A stretch of 63,742 bases of DNA, the filler included, from Phoronis australis (taxonomy: Eukaryota > Animalia > Phoronida): NCBI GenBank assembly GCA_002633005.1. It is 10 parts of 10 records of this genome, joined end to end, with 100 filler letters (N's around TTAATTAATTAA, not from the genome) between each part and the next. Parts side by side here need not be neighbours in the genome. Positions count along the whole stretch, not along the records: positions 11,200 to 14,349 come from NMRA01003187.1; positions 14,450 to 17,569 come from NMRA01003207.1; positions 17,670 to 30,471 come from NMRA01001618.1; 7 more parts are not named here. One strand, given 5' to 3'. The notes under the pieces are model-generated. The model ran no database searches, was not told the DNA's origin, and worked only from the letters and a program-made list of their open reading frames with translations. Of the stretch, positions 13,115 to 25,714 are shown piece by piece. Within the stretch, counting starts at the first letter, position 1. Each line of letters opens with the position of its first letter. The position numbers and the translations under genes are program-made.

Positions 13115-16100
13115 CACTCCTTAATCCAGTACACTTTTGTTTTGATAAGCCAACTAGCAAGAATGCTGACATCGGCACTTTAATTCCATCCGGTACAATG
13201 TAAATGACCACCAGTCTGTATGCAATCCATGGCTAGCGGTCACATGTCAATGAACAAAAATGGCAAGCGAACCATTGGAGAATCAATTAATTAATACGTT
13301 CTCAAGACACTGGCTGGGTTTGATGAACTCAAGCTGAAATATCAAGTTGACAATTATTGCCGACACCCTGCTGGAGACAGTAATGCATATAAGAACCCTA
13401 TGCATTAACAAGCATGACTATTAACCGATTGACTGAACCTCCCACCAAGTAAACTACACAATAAATGTAACCATGTAATCATAGCTTATATAAATATCAA
13501 CGGCTAGCCTTGACAAACTGAACAAACTGCATAATTTGTTCATAGCCGGAAAATCATTTTGAACCTGTGGTAAGTTTGGTGATCAAAGAGATTTTTAAGC
13601 TAGCAGATAAAGTATATATAAATAACAAATGTACGGATTCCTATCCATGCAATTTTCAAGACTTCAAAATTCTTAAGCAGAATGCCCACGTGTCATCGAA
13701 TATTTAATAATATAAGCAACAAAACAGCTAACTTTTGAAAATCTGCTTTTCCAGCCCATCCAAGTTGTTCTCGGTCGCATACCATTTTACCTAAGCAACA
13801 ACTAGCCAATAAGACATCACTACAGCACAGACTGACCCTTGGACATAGAGTAGGTGCACATACAGTTGGTAGAATCATGGAATGTACATCAACACTGATC
13901 AACACCAATATTCACAAGGTGCCATCACTGCTACTTGGTAAACACTTGTCTCAGTATTCTACTCACTGCTATCTACACAATTCTGGGACCTGTTTTTCAT
14001 AATTTTTCCAGTCAGTTATTCAACGTAAACCAGTGAATGTGCACCACTTCCTGTTTGCAGCCTACTAAAGCATTGTCTCATAATACAAACCACAATGTCC
14101 ACTGTAAAACTGATTTTTTTTCAGTTTGGGACTGAGAGAATCAATGAAATTGGGGCGAGTGAGCAAAAATGGTGTTTTATTTGTACAAGAATTAAGATTA
14201 GGAAGTTCGGTTATCTTCGAAAGTGCAGGTACACACAGTCGTTTTGCTGCTCTTCAGAACAAGGCAGTGTTCTTAACCTCTGTCTTCAGGGAGAAATTCT
14301 CCAAGTTCTAAAATTTGCCACCAAAGCTGATGGACATATCAAGTTGACCNNNNNNNNNNNNNNNNNNNNNNNNNNNNNNNNNNNNNNNNNNNNTTAATTA
14401 ATTAANNNNNNNNNNNNNNNNNNNNNNNNNNNNNNNNNNNNNNNNNNNNCCCTCGCACGCCGCTCCCTCAAATTGGGCCACCTCGCTAATATATGCGCAT
14501 GTGTCGGTGCTCAAAATTCTTCTCTCATGCACGCTGTTCCCCTCTCACGAAGGCAAATTCCCCTCTCCACGATCCAGCACAATTGTCGCGTCTAAGTCAC
14601 GAACATATATTTTTTAGCCATTACTCACAGAAAGATCTACCTGCTCCCTTACACTATTCCTTGCCCGCAAGCACAATGTATCCTATACCCTCGCACGCCG
14701 TATAATCTTTCGCCACTTCGCTCAATCACCGTCCGAGGCACCAATAAACTTCCCTGCCAGCGCCCCTCTCAGGCTGCGTAAGATTCTCCTCTAGTGCCCG
14801 TTCCATCCCGCACCGGACTTTTAGTCTCTCACGAACATACATGCACAGACCAGACCTGCTTCCATTGATTGCTTATTGAACAACAGAGATGTCAAACTGA
14901 AAGAGATCCCCTTTGAAGAATTGGACAGACTAAATTGGTACATGTACATGTATATGAGTTGAAATTCGTTCTTGTTGTGGAATAAAGCTAAACGAGTGTC
15001 GAAATGCTTCAAATTAATAAAGAAAATGAACTTTTTTATTTTATTCAACTCCGGTAAAATTCACTTCAAATCATAACTGTTAGCATCAAATATCCTTTTT
15101 GAGAACAACCCAGAACTAACTTATAGAACTAACTCGAATTCAAAAGGCGGTGTAAAAGCGAGAACTCCATCGCAGTTCATACGTTCTCAAGTCTCAACGA
15201 GCATAACGTTCAGGCTGTGTAAACTTTGTTCGTCACATAAAAAGATGAATATGTTTGGTGCACCCCCCCCACCCCCGGTTGACAAATCCTTGACGCACCT
15301 CCCCTGGTTGACAAAGGCCCTTATTCTTGCCCCCCCCGTTGGCTCCTCCGTAGCACCCTCCCCCTCCCCCACCCTCCTGACCGGTCAATGTGTAATCCGC
15401 CCCCCAGGTTAGCAGTCGCCACGTTTCCCCCGGCAGAAGCGTCTGATGCTGATTGACTCAGATCACCACTCATCGGTGGTTTTATTCTTCGATAGCTAAG
15501 CCCCCATCCCTCCCCCCGGGATGGTCACCCACAGGCATAAACATCCCCACATCGAACATTGTTGAAAGCTCCCTATTTCGGGTATCATGTCTGCTTACCC
15601 CCAACCACCTGTAATTGCGGGGGAACCGTTGAATAATGACAGGACAAGTTTTTACGGACGTTAGGTCATTTTTTCATGGGTTGAAAATTCTTCACATTAA
15701 ATTTAGACCCCGTGAAAAAAACTACCAGGGGTCATTTTTAATAGTGAAAAAATGACTCATGGGTAATTTTTTCAGGGGGTCATTATTTAATGCTACACCG
15801 GCAAGCAGTCCGCCGGCCGGTACACGAGCCAAAGTTGAGAATTTTTTAATTGCCGTGCGCCCACATCCGACCAACGCCGGGGCTTTCCACAAGTTGTGAA
15901 AGTGAAACTAAGTCTGATGTCGAAAGTGATTCCCAGCTCAAATATGCGGAATTGCGGAATGTTCAACCCGGCGGCTTGGAAAACATTCCGCCTATTCTTC
16001 ATTGACGGACGCAATATTTGGTACGACTGCAACAGTCAAATGAGATATGATGACCGAGCTGTTTTAAATTGAAATAAGCGTTTGCCTAGTTCTGAAAACG

Positions 16101-16639
16101 TTTTCATAATTCAAATCTTTAATGTTCGTCGTTTCGTTATCATGAATTCAGAGTCCACTTATAGCTACTCCAACACTGCGCAGAGTACTGTATCGATGTC
16201 TCCTAAATGGTGAGAATTACGGATTTGAGATCTGAGAACGTTTTATCCAGTTTTGTAATATAAAATATATTATATTTTTGGTTTTCGTGTACAAAAAAGT
16301 AATACTCGAAGGGCTAGTAGTCTTCAACAAATGAATTAATTTGAAAGCTTTGCTTTTGTCTAAAATTTTAAACTTGATGTTCAGGCGTGTACTTGGATTT
16401 TCCTGCATTCTAAAATTCTGGGACAAGAAATCAAACAACCAGGAAATTAATAACAAAGGAAACCGATCCCTTGTTTTCTCAGTTATGACTCACTGTGACC
16501 TACATGTGAGCATCCTTCTTTTCAGTAGGCCTAATATCGGAAGTGCATTGTCAAGTGTTAGGTCAGTCTAAGGTAGCAACAGACAAGAACGACAGTTTTA
16601 TGCTATTGTTTACGTTGAGCAGATTNATCGTTCTAGTGC

Positions 16640-16702
16640 CCTGTACCTGGGCCTTCACAAGCAATCCGTGACGTCAGCTTGTGAGGCCCGGGAACCAGGT
16701 TA
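16640..16702. mobile_element. Short palindromic (hairpin) MITE-like insertion
   Basis: cctgggccttcacaagc ... gcttgtgaggcccggg is self-complementary and lies between two copies of a 77-bp duplicated segment. Confidence 0.5.
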
Positions 16703-18345
16703 TGTCAAGTGTTAGGTCAGTCTAAGGTAGCAACAGACAAGAACGACAGTTTTATGCTATTGTTTACGTTGAGCAGATTACAAACGACGTATTACCTACG
16801 GAGGCAAACGTGTACTATTTGCTCCGTTTAGAGTGTGTGGGATTAAAGGACCTCAGAAAGTTTTACATGTCCGTTAGGATCACAACGTTTACAGTGTGTG
16901 GGACCACACGAGCTCAGACAGTTTTGCATGTCCGTTACGATCGTAGGTTGGCGATTTTCAAGCTACCCCGCCGAGACTGTGGTTGTAAATTCTGAACTCG
17001 CTTCGTCAGCCACTGAAGCCCGGGCCGGGTTTGAATTCTCTGTGAGTTGTATTTGTTCTTGAATGTGCATGCGTTTCCATTGCTTACTTTTTGTTCTAGG
17101 CCGTGCTTTTTGTAAAAAATAACTTTCGATTTAGGTCAGTTATGAAATTGGTCCTCAAACTGATCCTTAGCCTAAGTCAAATTTGAAGTGATTCCAGGGG
17201 TTCGAAAGGACAGCGTGTTGTTCATGCTTGGAACCAAGCTCATAAAATTTCAGGTCACATATGAGCTTGGTCTAGCGGCCGGACTGCCAGTTCTTAGTAC
17301 CGAGTCCATAGTTCACTTCTAAACCGATTAATGAACAAGATGAGGCCGATTTTATTACGGGAAATGGTCTAAATCAGTCAAAACTTGTTTTTAACGACCG
17401 GGTTTGATACTGTGCGGCTTTAATTAAAGTTTGTTCGACATATCAATTCTCTTTTTTTGCTTCCATTGAATGTATTCACATGCGCGCACCCAACCTTTAA
17501 TATGGGGGGCTCGAATTTATGGCGATGTGGACCTTTTGCTGACAAATAAGCGGCAGGACTAAACAAAAANNNNNNNNNNNNNNNNNNNNNNNNNNNNNNN
17601 NNNNNNNNNNNNNTTAATTAATTAANNNNNNNNNNNNNNNNNNNNNNNNNNNNNNNNNNNNNNNNNNNNGCACTCCGGGAATGGGGGGCGGGGGGGGGGG
17701 GCTCCATTCGGTGTAGTTGGCTAAAAGGTCTGTCCGAGAAACAAAAAGTCCGAGAAAATGCGACAGCAGTCCACAGGAATTCGAATGCACAATTCATAGG
17801 GCTGAACGGAAATCTGCTATTTCTGTGGAAAATTAACACTTTCACTGCAAAATCAAAAGCCCTTTTGTTACAACTTCGAAGTCGAATTGTTCATTTCTTT
17901 GAAACACAGATCTAGAACCGATGAATTACCAATGCATATTGTCGTTCGTAGTCACTATCCTGTGGGCTTGCTTCTAAAATACCTGCAGTTATTAAAAGTG
18001 ACGAAGAAAAATGCGAATGTTCCTGATGACGTGTGAAAACAAGTCTTGCGTGTACATGTACATGTAACTAGAATACTGAAGATGCATTTTCACTTAAGTC
18101 AGTTTCACGGTCACGGTAGCGCCTATAATTTGTGGATATCCGGATAAAGTTACTCGAACAGGGTTGCCAACAGCATGCATTTCAGGTATAGAAATGCCCA
18201 TATATGTGATTTTATCAACACCTTGATCGTCAATTTTGAACCCGACCTGTGATAAGTGGTTTGTTATCTGGTGCCCAGGGTATTACGCACATGTTCCCTA
18301 GGTCAAAGATAAGCGTCAAGTCCAGACACCTTACCAGTTTAAAGG

Positions 18346-18829
18346 ATGGACGACCAAGGTGTTGAAAAAATGTCATCTCTGTGCATTTCTACAACTGAAA
18401 TGCATACTGCTGGTGACCCTGTTCGAATAATTGAATCGGGATTTCCGCAAATTATCGGCACTACCATGGCGGAGAAAGTGACGTACGTGAAGACACACCT
18501 TCAATATTTGCGCAAGTTTTTAACGAACGAGCCTAGAGGCCATCGGGATATGGTCGGCTTCATTTTGGTGGAACCTGACAAGGATTCAGGTGCCTCCATT
18601 GGCGTTATCTATTTCGATTCTTCCGTTTTTCTCGATATGTGTGGGCACATGACAATTGCCCTATGTCGTTACGCCATCGATAAAGGTCTTGTACCAGCCG
18701 TATCCCCACGGACAACGTTCAAAATCCAAGCACCCTGCGGCGTCATCGAAGCTAGTACAGTCGTTTCGCCTGATGGAAAAACGGGAGCATCCAGCTTCAT
18801 AAGTGTTCCAGCATTTGTCTGGAAAACTG
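18346..18829 (+). CDS. L3HYPDH-like: Proline racemase family / trans-3-hydroxy-L-proline dehydratase-like protein, exon 1 of 4 (HTAGDP, EPRGH and catalytic MCGH motifs)
   Basis: ORF 18346 carries MHTAGDPVRI, NEPRGHRDM, DMCGH, APCGVI and SVPAF; G|gtaagt donor (phase 1). Confidence 0.95.
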
Positions 18830-20556
18830 GTAAGTGAAACACCATCATGCTATGTGTGTCTGATCGTACGTCTTTGGAAAATGAACTCCACCTCGTCAGA
18901 AATTTTACTCACGTGACATCATCCAGTGATTTTTTGTACTTTACTACGTGGCCCAAGTGGGAAGTCTGAATTGCTCGATGATCACAGACTGAATGAAATG
19001 TATTTAAGACTAGAAATCTTTTCTTCCAAAGCGCTTCATGATGCTTTGTTCATAAGTTTATTGTATTAATAAGTTGCAAAGCAATGCAACGCTACAGCAT
19101 AGTAATAGTCTACGTGAACAATCTCAAATAGCTCCACGGATGCAAAATGTTCGTCTCCTGTAACGTTTGATACTGTTTAAAATTTTTTCTCCAGTGCAAG
19201 ACAATTTCCATTACTAGGCTCCCCTGTGTTGCCAGCAACCCTCACCCCTTGCACACCTCTTAGCTCACTGTTTGGTTCAGTTGTGTATATAACAAATGGA
19301 CGTTACACGAGTTACTTTTCTTAAAGTTTTGGGTACCCTTATTTTACAAAATACAAGTAAAAATTGACCTTATAAAAATTGGTGAATGCTGGTGACAAGA
19401 CTCGTTCCCTATCGATGTACCTTCAAGAAAGCGATATTTTTGCCAAAAAAGTTAAGAGACAACAAGAAAGGCACAGTGTTGTGACCGACATGAATAAGTT
19501 TGTTTCGATTCCAAACTTCAGCAAATATATACGTTTATGAACTGGCAGCCGCTAAGTATTTAGATAATTCAAGACGAAGACAGCACTTTAATTAGTTTAC
19601 ACATAACCGTAACATAGAAGCAACGATTACATGATTATATGTATATATATACATACACATATACATATATGTACATAAACATGTATGTCCGTGAGTGTCG
19701 TTGGCTTGGTGTTCTTGACACTGCACTTATCTTTTCCAATTTCTTGTTTTCGATGGGCCATGACTAGGTATTTGTGAAAACAACACAATGCTCTCAGCAT
19801 TTTCAGAATTCTTAAACCTCACAGACTAATCGGCTGCTACACGTTTGTGTACTTATATGTAGGCCCCATGCGTTTACATTCGAAATAAAGCGTTGAAAAG
19901 TATTCGATTTTTGCATGCAGCTTAGGTGTGTAAACTCAAACTTCACTCGTAGACGGAGAAAACTCTCTTTATAGGTTATGTATGACTTATGAACAAGATT
20001 TGTGTACTTAGTCAAATATCTATAGAACTATAGAGGTCAAATCAATAAAAGTAAACATTTCCTGTAAGAAAGAAGCCTGTAAACTGTCACTTTTTGATTT
20101 CGTACCAGTCTTACATTGATAAGGTCACGTGACAATGTCCTTTAGTATATTTTAGCAAAATAGCGGTACTTATAACAGGATTAAGTTTTGTTTAAAATAA
20201 ATGTTTATTTCGTTTTCGCGTGATGCAACTCGTGCAAAAGTGAAAATTTTAGAAAAAAAACCTTAATAAATGCAACGTTTTTGCATAAAGGATGGTGCCT
20301 GGAGTACTCATATGAGTTGAATCTTGTGTGACATGACGTTTTAAAGTTTTTTTTTCTGAGATACCTTGCATGTTTTGCTTAGATTGGTGGTGAAATGCCC
20401 GTCAGCATCTGGTCCAGACCTTGTGTTTCTCATAAGGGCGTATGCGCCTACATCCCGATATAGGCAACTTCATATCATTACGCATGAGCATGAAATAAAT
20501 GCGCACATACATCCCAAATACATTATATACTACATTCGTCTTTCATTGGTGCACAG

Positions 20557-20582
20557 GAGTAGACGTTGAGGTTCCGATTTAA
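20557..20582 (+). pseudogene. Stub copy of the exon-2 5' end with its own acceptor, ending in an in-frame stop
   Basis: gtgcacag|GA GTA GAC GTT GAG GTT CCG ATT TAA versus the true gtgcacag|GC GTT GAC GTA GAA GTT CCG ACT TTG. Confidence 0.75.
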
Positions 20583-20707
20583 GCGCAATTTACGGGCGAC
20601 ACCACCCAGTGGTTAAAGATAAAACTACACTAAAGTGCGCTTGGGCTTAATACGCGTGCTTCCATCGCACGCACTGTAAATTTTATTCCTCTTTCTTTTG
20701 TGCACAG

Positions 20708-20860
20708 GCGTTGACGTAGAAGTTCCGACTTTGGGAAAAATCACTGTGGACATCAGCTTCGGGGGAGCCTTTTACGCCATCTTGCCTGCATCCCATATTG
20801 GGCTTGACGTCAACACCACCACTATGGAAGACTTGACTAGGACCGCCACAGCCATCTCAG
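20708..20860 (+). CDS. L3HYPDH-like: Proline racemase family gene, exon 2: GVDVEVPTLGKITVDISFGGAFYAILPASHIGLDVNTTTMEDLTRTATAIS
   Basis: Polypyrimidine tract plus cacag acceptor; VDISFGGAFYA family motif; G|gtagag donor (phase 1 to 1). Confidence 0.93.
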
Positions 20861-20907
20861 GTAGAGCTGGGTTATAATGTTTTGATTGTTCGACAAGGTT
20901 GTGATAA

Positions 20908-21000
20908 CGAGGTGATGACCACCACGACGACTATGGTGATGAGGATTATGACGATGATGACGCCAGTGATGACGGTGGAAATGAAGATGATGATAGTGAG
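20908..21000 (+). repeat. Degenerate (GAT/GAC)n trinucleotide repeat in intron 2
   Basis: gatgaggattatgacgatgatgac...gaagatgatgatagtgag. Confidence 0.7.
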
Positions 21001-21240
21001 GTTACAGTCAACGAGTACACGAAGGAAGAGAAATTGATGGTTCTGGTTTTACGCCAGATCAACATACATGCAAGAAAACAACTAAATATGTTTTAGCGAG
21101 AGATGTCATACATGTATTTACGATACTACAAAGTCCAGAAGTTTTTGTTATTTTGCTCAGAACAACATTGGTGGGGAATTACGCACCTAAAAAGTGAATA
21201 CTGAGCACCGATCAGGGTACGAAGTCTGTTGTCGCTACAT

Positions 21241-23038
21241 AGACTCTATTCACGCGGCGGACATCAAAATCCAAAGCGAGGCTCACTGCGATAAACAAAG
21301 CTAAAGTAGTCATTGCGTGAGTTAAATAGCCGGTCTTTCGAGTCCAACCTGGATATTGAATTTTAATAATGTGTCGACAATTAAGCCACACAGACGTAGA
21401 AAATTATATTAGAGAACATGTTAAGGCGTCAAAGAGTTGTCTGACGAAAGGGTTTAATTTTTTTCGGAAAACTCGGTTCGAAACATGAAAAGTAAATATG
21501 ACCAAATTGCGGCGATCGTAGTGTTACGGATTAGGTATTATGCTGAATGCAGGGTTAAGTTTTTTCTTGTAAATTGTTGATCAAAATACTTTCTACGCTG
21601 ACCAGGTCATCTGCTCGTATTGTTGACGAGTTGAAGAAATACTTGATAGTGGTGGCTGTAATGTGCAATTAGTCACATCTGGTTTAATTTGTTGTTCAAG
21701 AATATTAACATCAAGCATAGCCTGATCCTATGCACTCACTGGGACTAACAGTTGATTTGTCATTGATCTGAAATAATAATTGATGTTATTAAATGTATTT
21801 TTTATTAAAATAATGAACCAGGCTCGTAATTGAAAATAAAAATTATTTGACTATCAATTCTGCTTTCTTGGTTGTAATAATTCTTACGTGTCAGTATTTC
21901 ATGTGTTAGATTTCAAATATCAATCTGGACCAAGTTGAATTTTAAAATTAAAACACGTAATTCATTCGTACAAAACGTAACCTCGTTTTAGAACTCAATT
22001 TCAGTTAACTGGACAATGCAATCAATAAATCATAGTTATCATGTTTCTGCAGGAACCTCGTTCATCCGAGGAGAAAGGTGCCAGTGCCTACTGAGAGGCG
22101 ATTTTTCGCCGAGTGAGGGCGGGAACAATCTACCTCCCGATCACCATCAATAGCACCCCCGCCCTGTTGCTCTCATAGGCTCTGTCTCAATTTAAAGTAG
22201 CCTTTTGTGCTCTTAAAAATTGTCACCTGTGTGGTTACAGGTGATTTGAACTCGGAGAGATTTTTTACTAGCGGAATTTTCATGCCTCGTGGGGGGGAAT
22301 TTCGCGTGATATTTCAATATTTTTAAGAGGGGAATAGGGCCGATATTGGGCCCCAAATTTGAGGGATTGAGGGCACTGTTCTGTTTGGAATGAAAAATTA
22401 TAATGTTTCAACCCGTAGCAGGGGCGGATTTTGAGTTGGGGGGGGGCAGGGCACAGGAATAAGCAGCATTTCGACAGATGCGCGCACCCAGCCTAAAATC
22501 TGGGGATGCAGGGGTCTTGAATTCTTGGGTTTGCGGACCTGTTGACTAAAAAAACGGCAAACCGGGGTTCATTCAGCGCATATGCGTTGTTTATTCACCC
22601 ACCAAGACCAACTGGTTGCACGCGTGTGCTAGTCAGCAATTCGCACCCGAACTCAAAAATGGGATCTGACACAATTTTCGGGGGGGGGGCATCCTAAATC
22701 CGTAGTCATGAAAATACAGCCTGGCTGGCCCATTCTCCGGTCGTTACTACGATGCTTGACAATTGACCGAGATGCGACAAAATATGATCTAACTTTTCGA
22801 AAACATTCAATTTTACACGGACATATTTTGCTTCGTCGCGGCGTATGGCAACGACCCAGCGCTTCCGAATCCCAACGTCTTTAGAGATTGTAAAGCAGAC
22901 AGTTGCGTGTCCGTATTTTTTCTAGCCGTTCACGGAACAACACGGACTGAAACACAGACTCCAATGCCGATAAGCCAACAGAGCTATCGTAGCGAGCCTC
23001 GTTTTGGAACGCGCCTTCTGTCGGCGTGAATAGGGTCT
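21241..23038. mobile_element. 1.8-kb non-autonomous DNA transposon (ISL2EU/PIF-Harbinger-like) with ~55-bp imperfect TIRs and AT flanks, containing nested repeats
   Basis: Left end AGACTCTATTCACGC...TCCAAAGCGAGGCTCACTGCGATA; right end reverse-complemented AGACCCTATTCACGC...TCCAAAACGAGGCTCGCTACGATA; AT on both sides. No transposase ORF. Confidence 0.8.
22419..22700 (+). mobile_element. Dispersed CAGGGGCGG-ended repeat family; related pieces at ~17480-17550, 24940-24996, 40770-40840, 49395-49500 and 55220-55513
   Basis: Shared cores tgcgcgcacccagcct, gggggctcgaatt...gtggacc and ttttgagttgggggggcagggcacag occur in several contigs and both orientations. Confidence 0.8.
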
Positions 23039-23217
23039 ATGACTGATGTGCGTTATGAACTTTAATGTCGTGCTGGACGCAAATTCCGGTCAAATTCACT
23101 CATGCACAAAACAGAAACATATGAGGCAATTAAGATATGCTTAGATGCACGCATGCTGTATTGCGGTGTACGTATATACAAACGCTTGCCTGCATAAACT
23201 TCCAGTTATCATTTCAG

Positions 23218-23360
23218 AGGCGCTCCGAGCCAGCATTCGCCTGCAACATCCGCTGAATAAAGACATCACGTATCTTCAAGGAACAATACTAACAGACGGA
23301 AACGATGAATTCAGCACGCAACCGACGGCGCATACAGTTGCAGTTTGCGAATATGCGCAG
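23218..23360 (+). CDS. L3HYPDH-like: Proline racemase family gene, exon 3: EALRASIRLQHPLNKDITYLQGTILTDGNDEFSTQPTAHTVAVCEYAQ
   Basis: atttcag acceptor and CAG|gtaaag donor (phase 1 to 0); HP...L.GTILTDG.D matches animal L3HYPDH. Confidence 0.93.
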
Positions 23361-25714
23361 GTAAAGTCTTTGTCTACCTTTTGCTAAACACTCAACATGT
23401 CAGTAACACAGACACTCGTCCAATAAGGTAAAATGCCGTGACTTGACCCACCTGGTCGCTTTATACGTAGTCAAATTTTCCAAATATACCTCATAATTAC
23501 AATTTTAACCTGTGTCGAACAGAGGCAAGGCTTTATTTCAGCACGTGTTCAGCGTGTCTACAAAATGAACTTTTCTAAAAGACACAGGCCATGTCTCGAG
23601 CCTGTCCATGACAAAATTTTATGTCCTCCAAAACAACTAAAACAAGTGTAGGAAAAACATCACCACATCCGGGCAAAATTTACTAGTGATGCTTATGACT
23701 GTCGTTCAAGTGTACTGTGGGACGATGATTGTTGTTTAAATAACATTTGCACTAAAAAATAATGTATTGGACCTGTGCTTACAACAATGATGAGCACATG
23801 TGACACCATATCTTTTGCAAGTCACCAAGTTTCCGTAATGTCACCTGATCTTTACTGGCCGAAACTGTTCCATAATGCATTTGAAGACCAGCAGCGCTGT
23901 TGATGACATCCCCAGAGTTGCTTTTGGCGGCCGAAACGAATTGCCATTGTGGAAAGGAAAATTTGAGACAAATCGGTGAGAGCTAACTCGTGATTTTAAG
24001 GTGAAGGTCGTAAAAATAAATTGAAATACTCAAAACAACCTTTCTAAATCTTTGGAACACTTTAAACAATATCAAATAAGAATACGAATTGTGTTTATTT
24101 TCCATATTTTATATTAGGAGCATAATACACAAGGTATATTCTATATCGTGCCCCTGCCGACTGGTGGTTGATTACCACGACCATTCGCGGTGAATAATCA
24201 CTGATTACCAACATGAGTTGCACGACTGATCGCTGGTCGCTCAAAGTAGTCGCACCACCAGTAATGATTGCTTCCAAGGTTTATCGTACATGTACCAACG
24301 ATCATGCAACCTGTTCCCCGATTATCTAGTGTACTACTGATACTTAGTAGCACGACTACTTCATAGTCAAAAGAAAGCCACGTACAATGGTCGTGCTACT
24401 ACCAGTTCGTGGACATGTCGTGCGATTAAATATTCGTACGATTCCGTATAGCCAAGGATTCACACGGTGATATAGTTGTATGGACAAAGATCAGACTAGC
24501 ATAACAGATGGGTAATAAACGTCTCTTGATTGATTTGCAGATGTTTGTATGTAGGAGTTTTGCGAAGAAATGGAAGGGAAGTGACAACGTTCCCAAAATT
24601 AACTTTAGATTTTACAAGTAAAAGTATTTTTCTAATCTTTAATACTTTCTAATTGCATGCTTCCTTGTACAAGTCACTGTCTCATATCCTTATTATTACG
24701 TTATCCATCATTGTAAATCAGACAAACTTGTTTTTGTTGAGTTATCATGCGCGCATCCGGGGGGGGGGGTTCGGGGANGGCTGACAGAGCCCCCTATTTG
24801 GCGGTGTGGACAGAAAGGTCCGCCTCTGAGAGACAAAAAGTCCGAGAAAATGAAGCATAAGTCCATTAAACATGCTCAAACGCGCAATCCACAGTGGTGC
24901 TTCCGTTTTTTTTATAGTCCGCCCACTTTTTTGTTACCAAGAGGTCCACAAAGTCAGGAATTCGAACCCCCCCATATTGAGGGCTGGATGCACGCATGGT
25001 TACAGTGCTAAAACCAATGTTTTCATGTTAGTCGTGTCCAGAGTGCTAGACAGTTTGAAAAGTAGGTGAGCCATGCGATGCATTTTCTTCCTGAGTGAAA
25101 CGGTAGAGTTCAACCCATTATGGACCTAATCCTATCTACACGTAAATGTATGATGTTAACCAAAAAGTCACAATCTAAAAAAACGATGTTGAATGTTACA
25201 CTGTTTACAGGTCCCACGAGCACCTTGCGGATCAGGGACCACCGCTCGCGTAGCACTCCAGTATCACATGCAGAAGGTCAAATTGAACGAGACAAGAATA
25301 TTCGAGAACGCCATCACTAAGACTCGATTCAACGCCACTCCACGGACAGAGACGAAGTGCGGAGATTTTCCAGCTGTACACGTTGAAATAGAAGGCAGAG
25401 CGTTTTATACGGGTTCCGCGACATTCACGTTTGAAACTGGTGATAGATTNCCACAAAGTCAGGAATTCGAACCCCCCATATTGAGGGCTGGGTGCACGCA
25501 TGGTTACAATGCTAAAACCAATGTTTTCATGTTAGTCGTGTCCAGAGTGCTAGACAGTTTGAAAAGTAAGTGAGCCATGCGATGCATTTTCTTCCTGAGT
25601 GAAACGGTAGAGTTCAACCCATTACGGACCTAATCCTATCTACACGTAAATGTATGATGTTAACCAAAAAGTCACAATCTAAAAAAACGATGTTGAATGT
25701 TACACTGTTTACAG

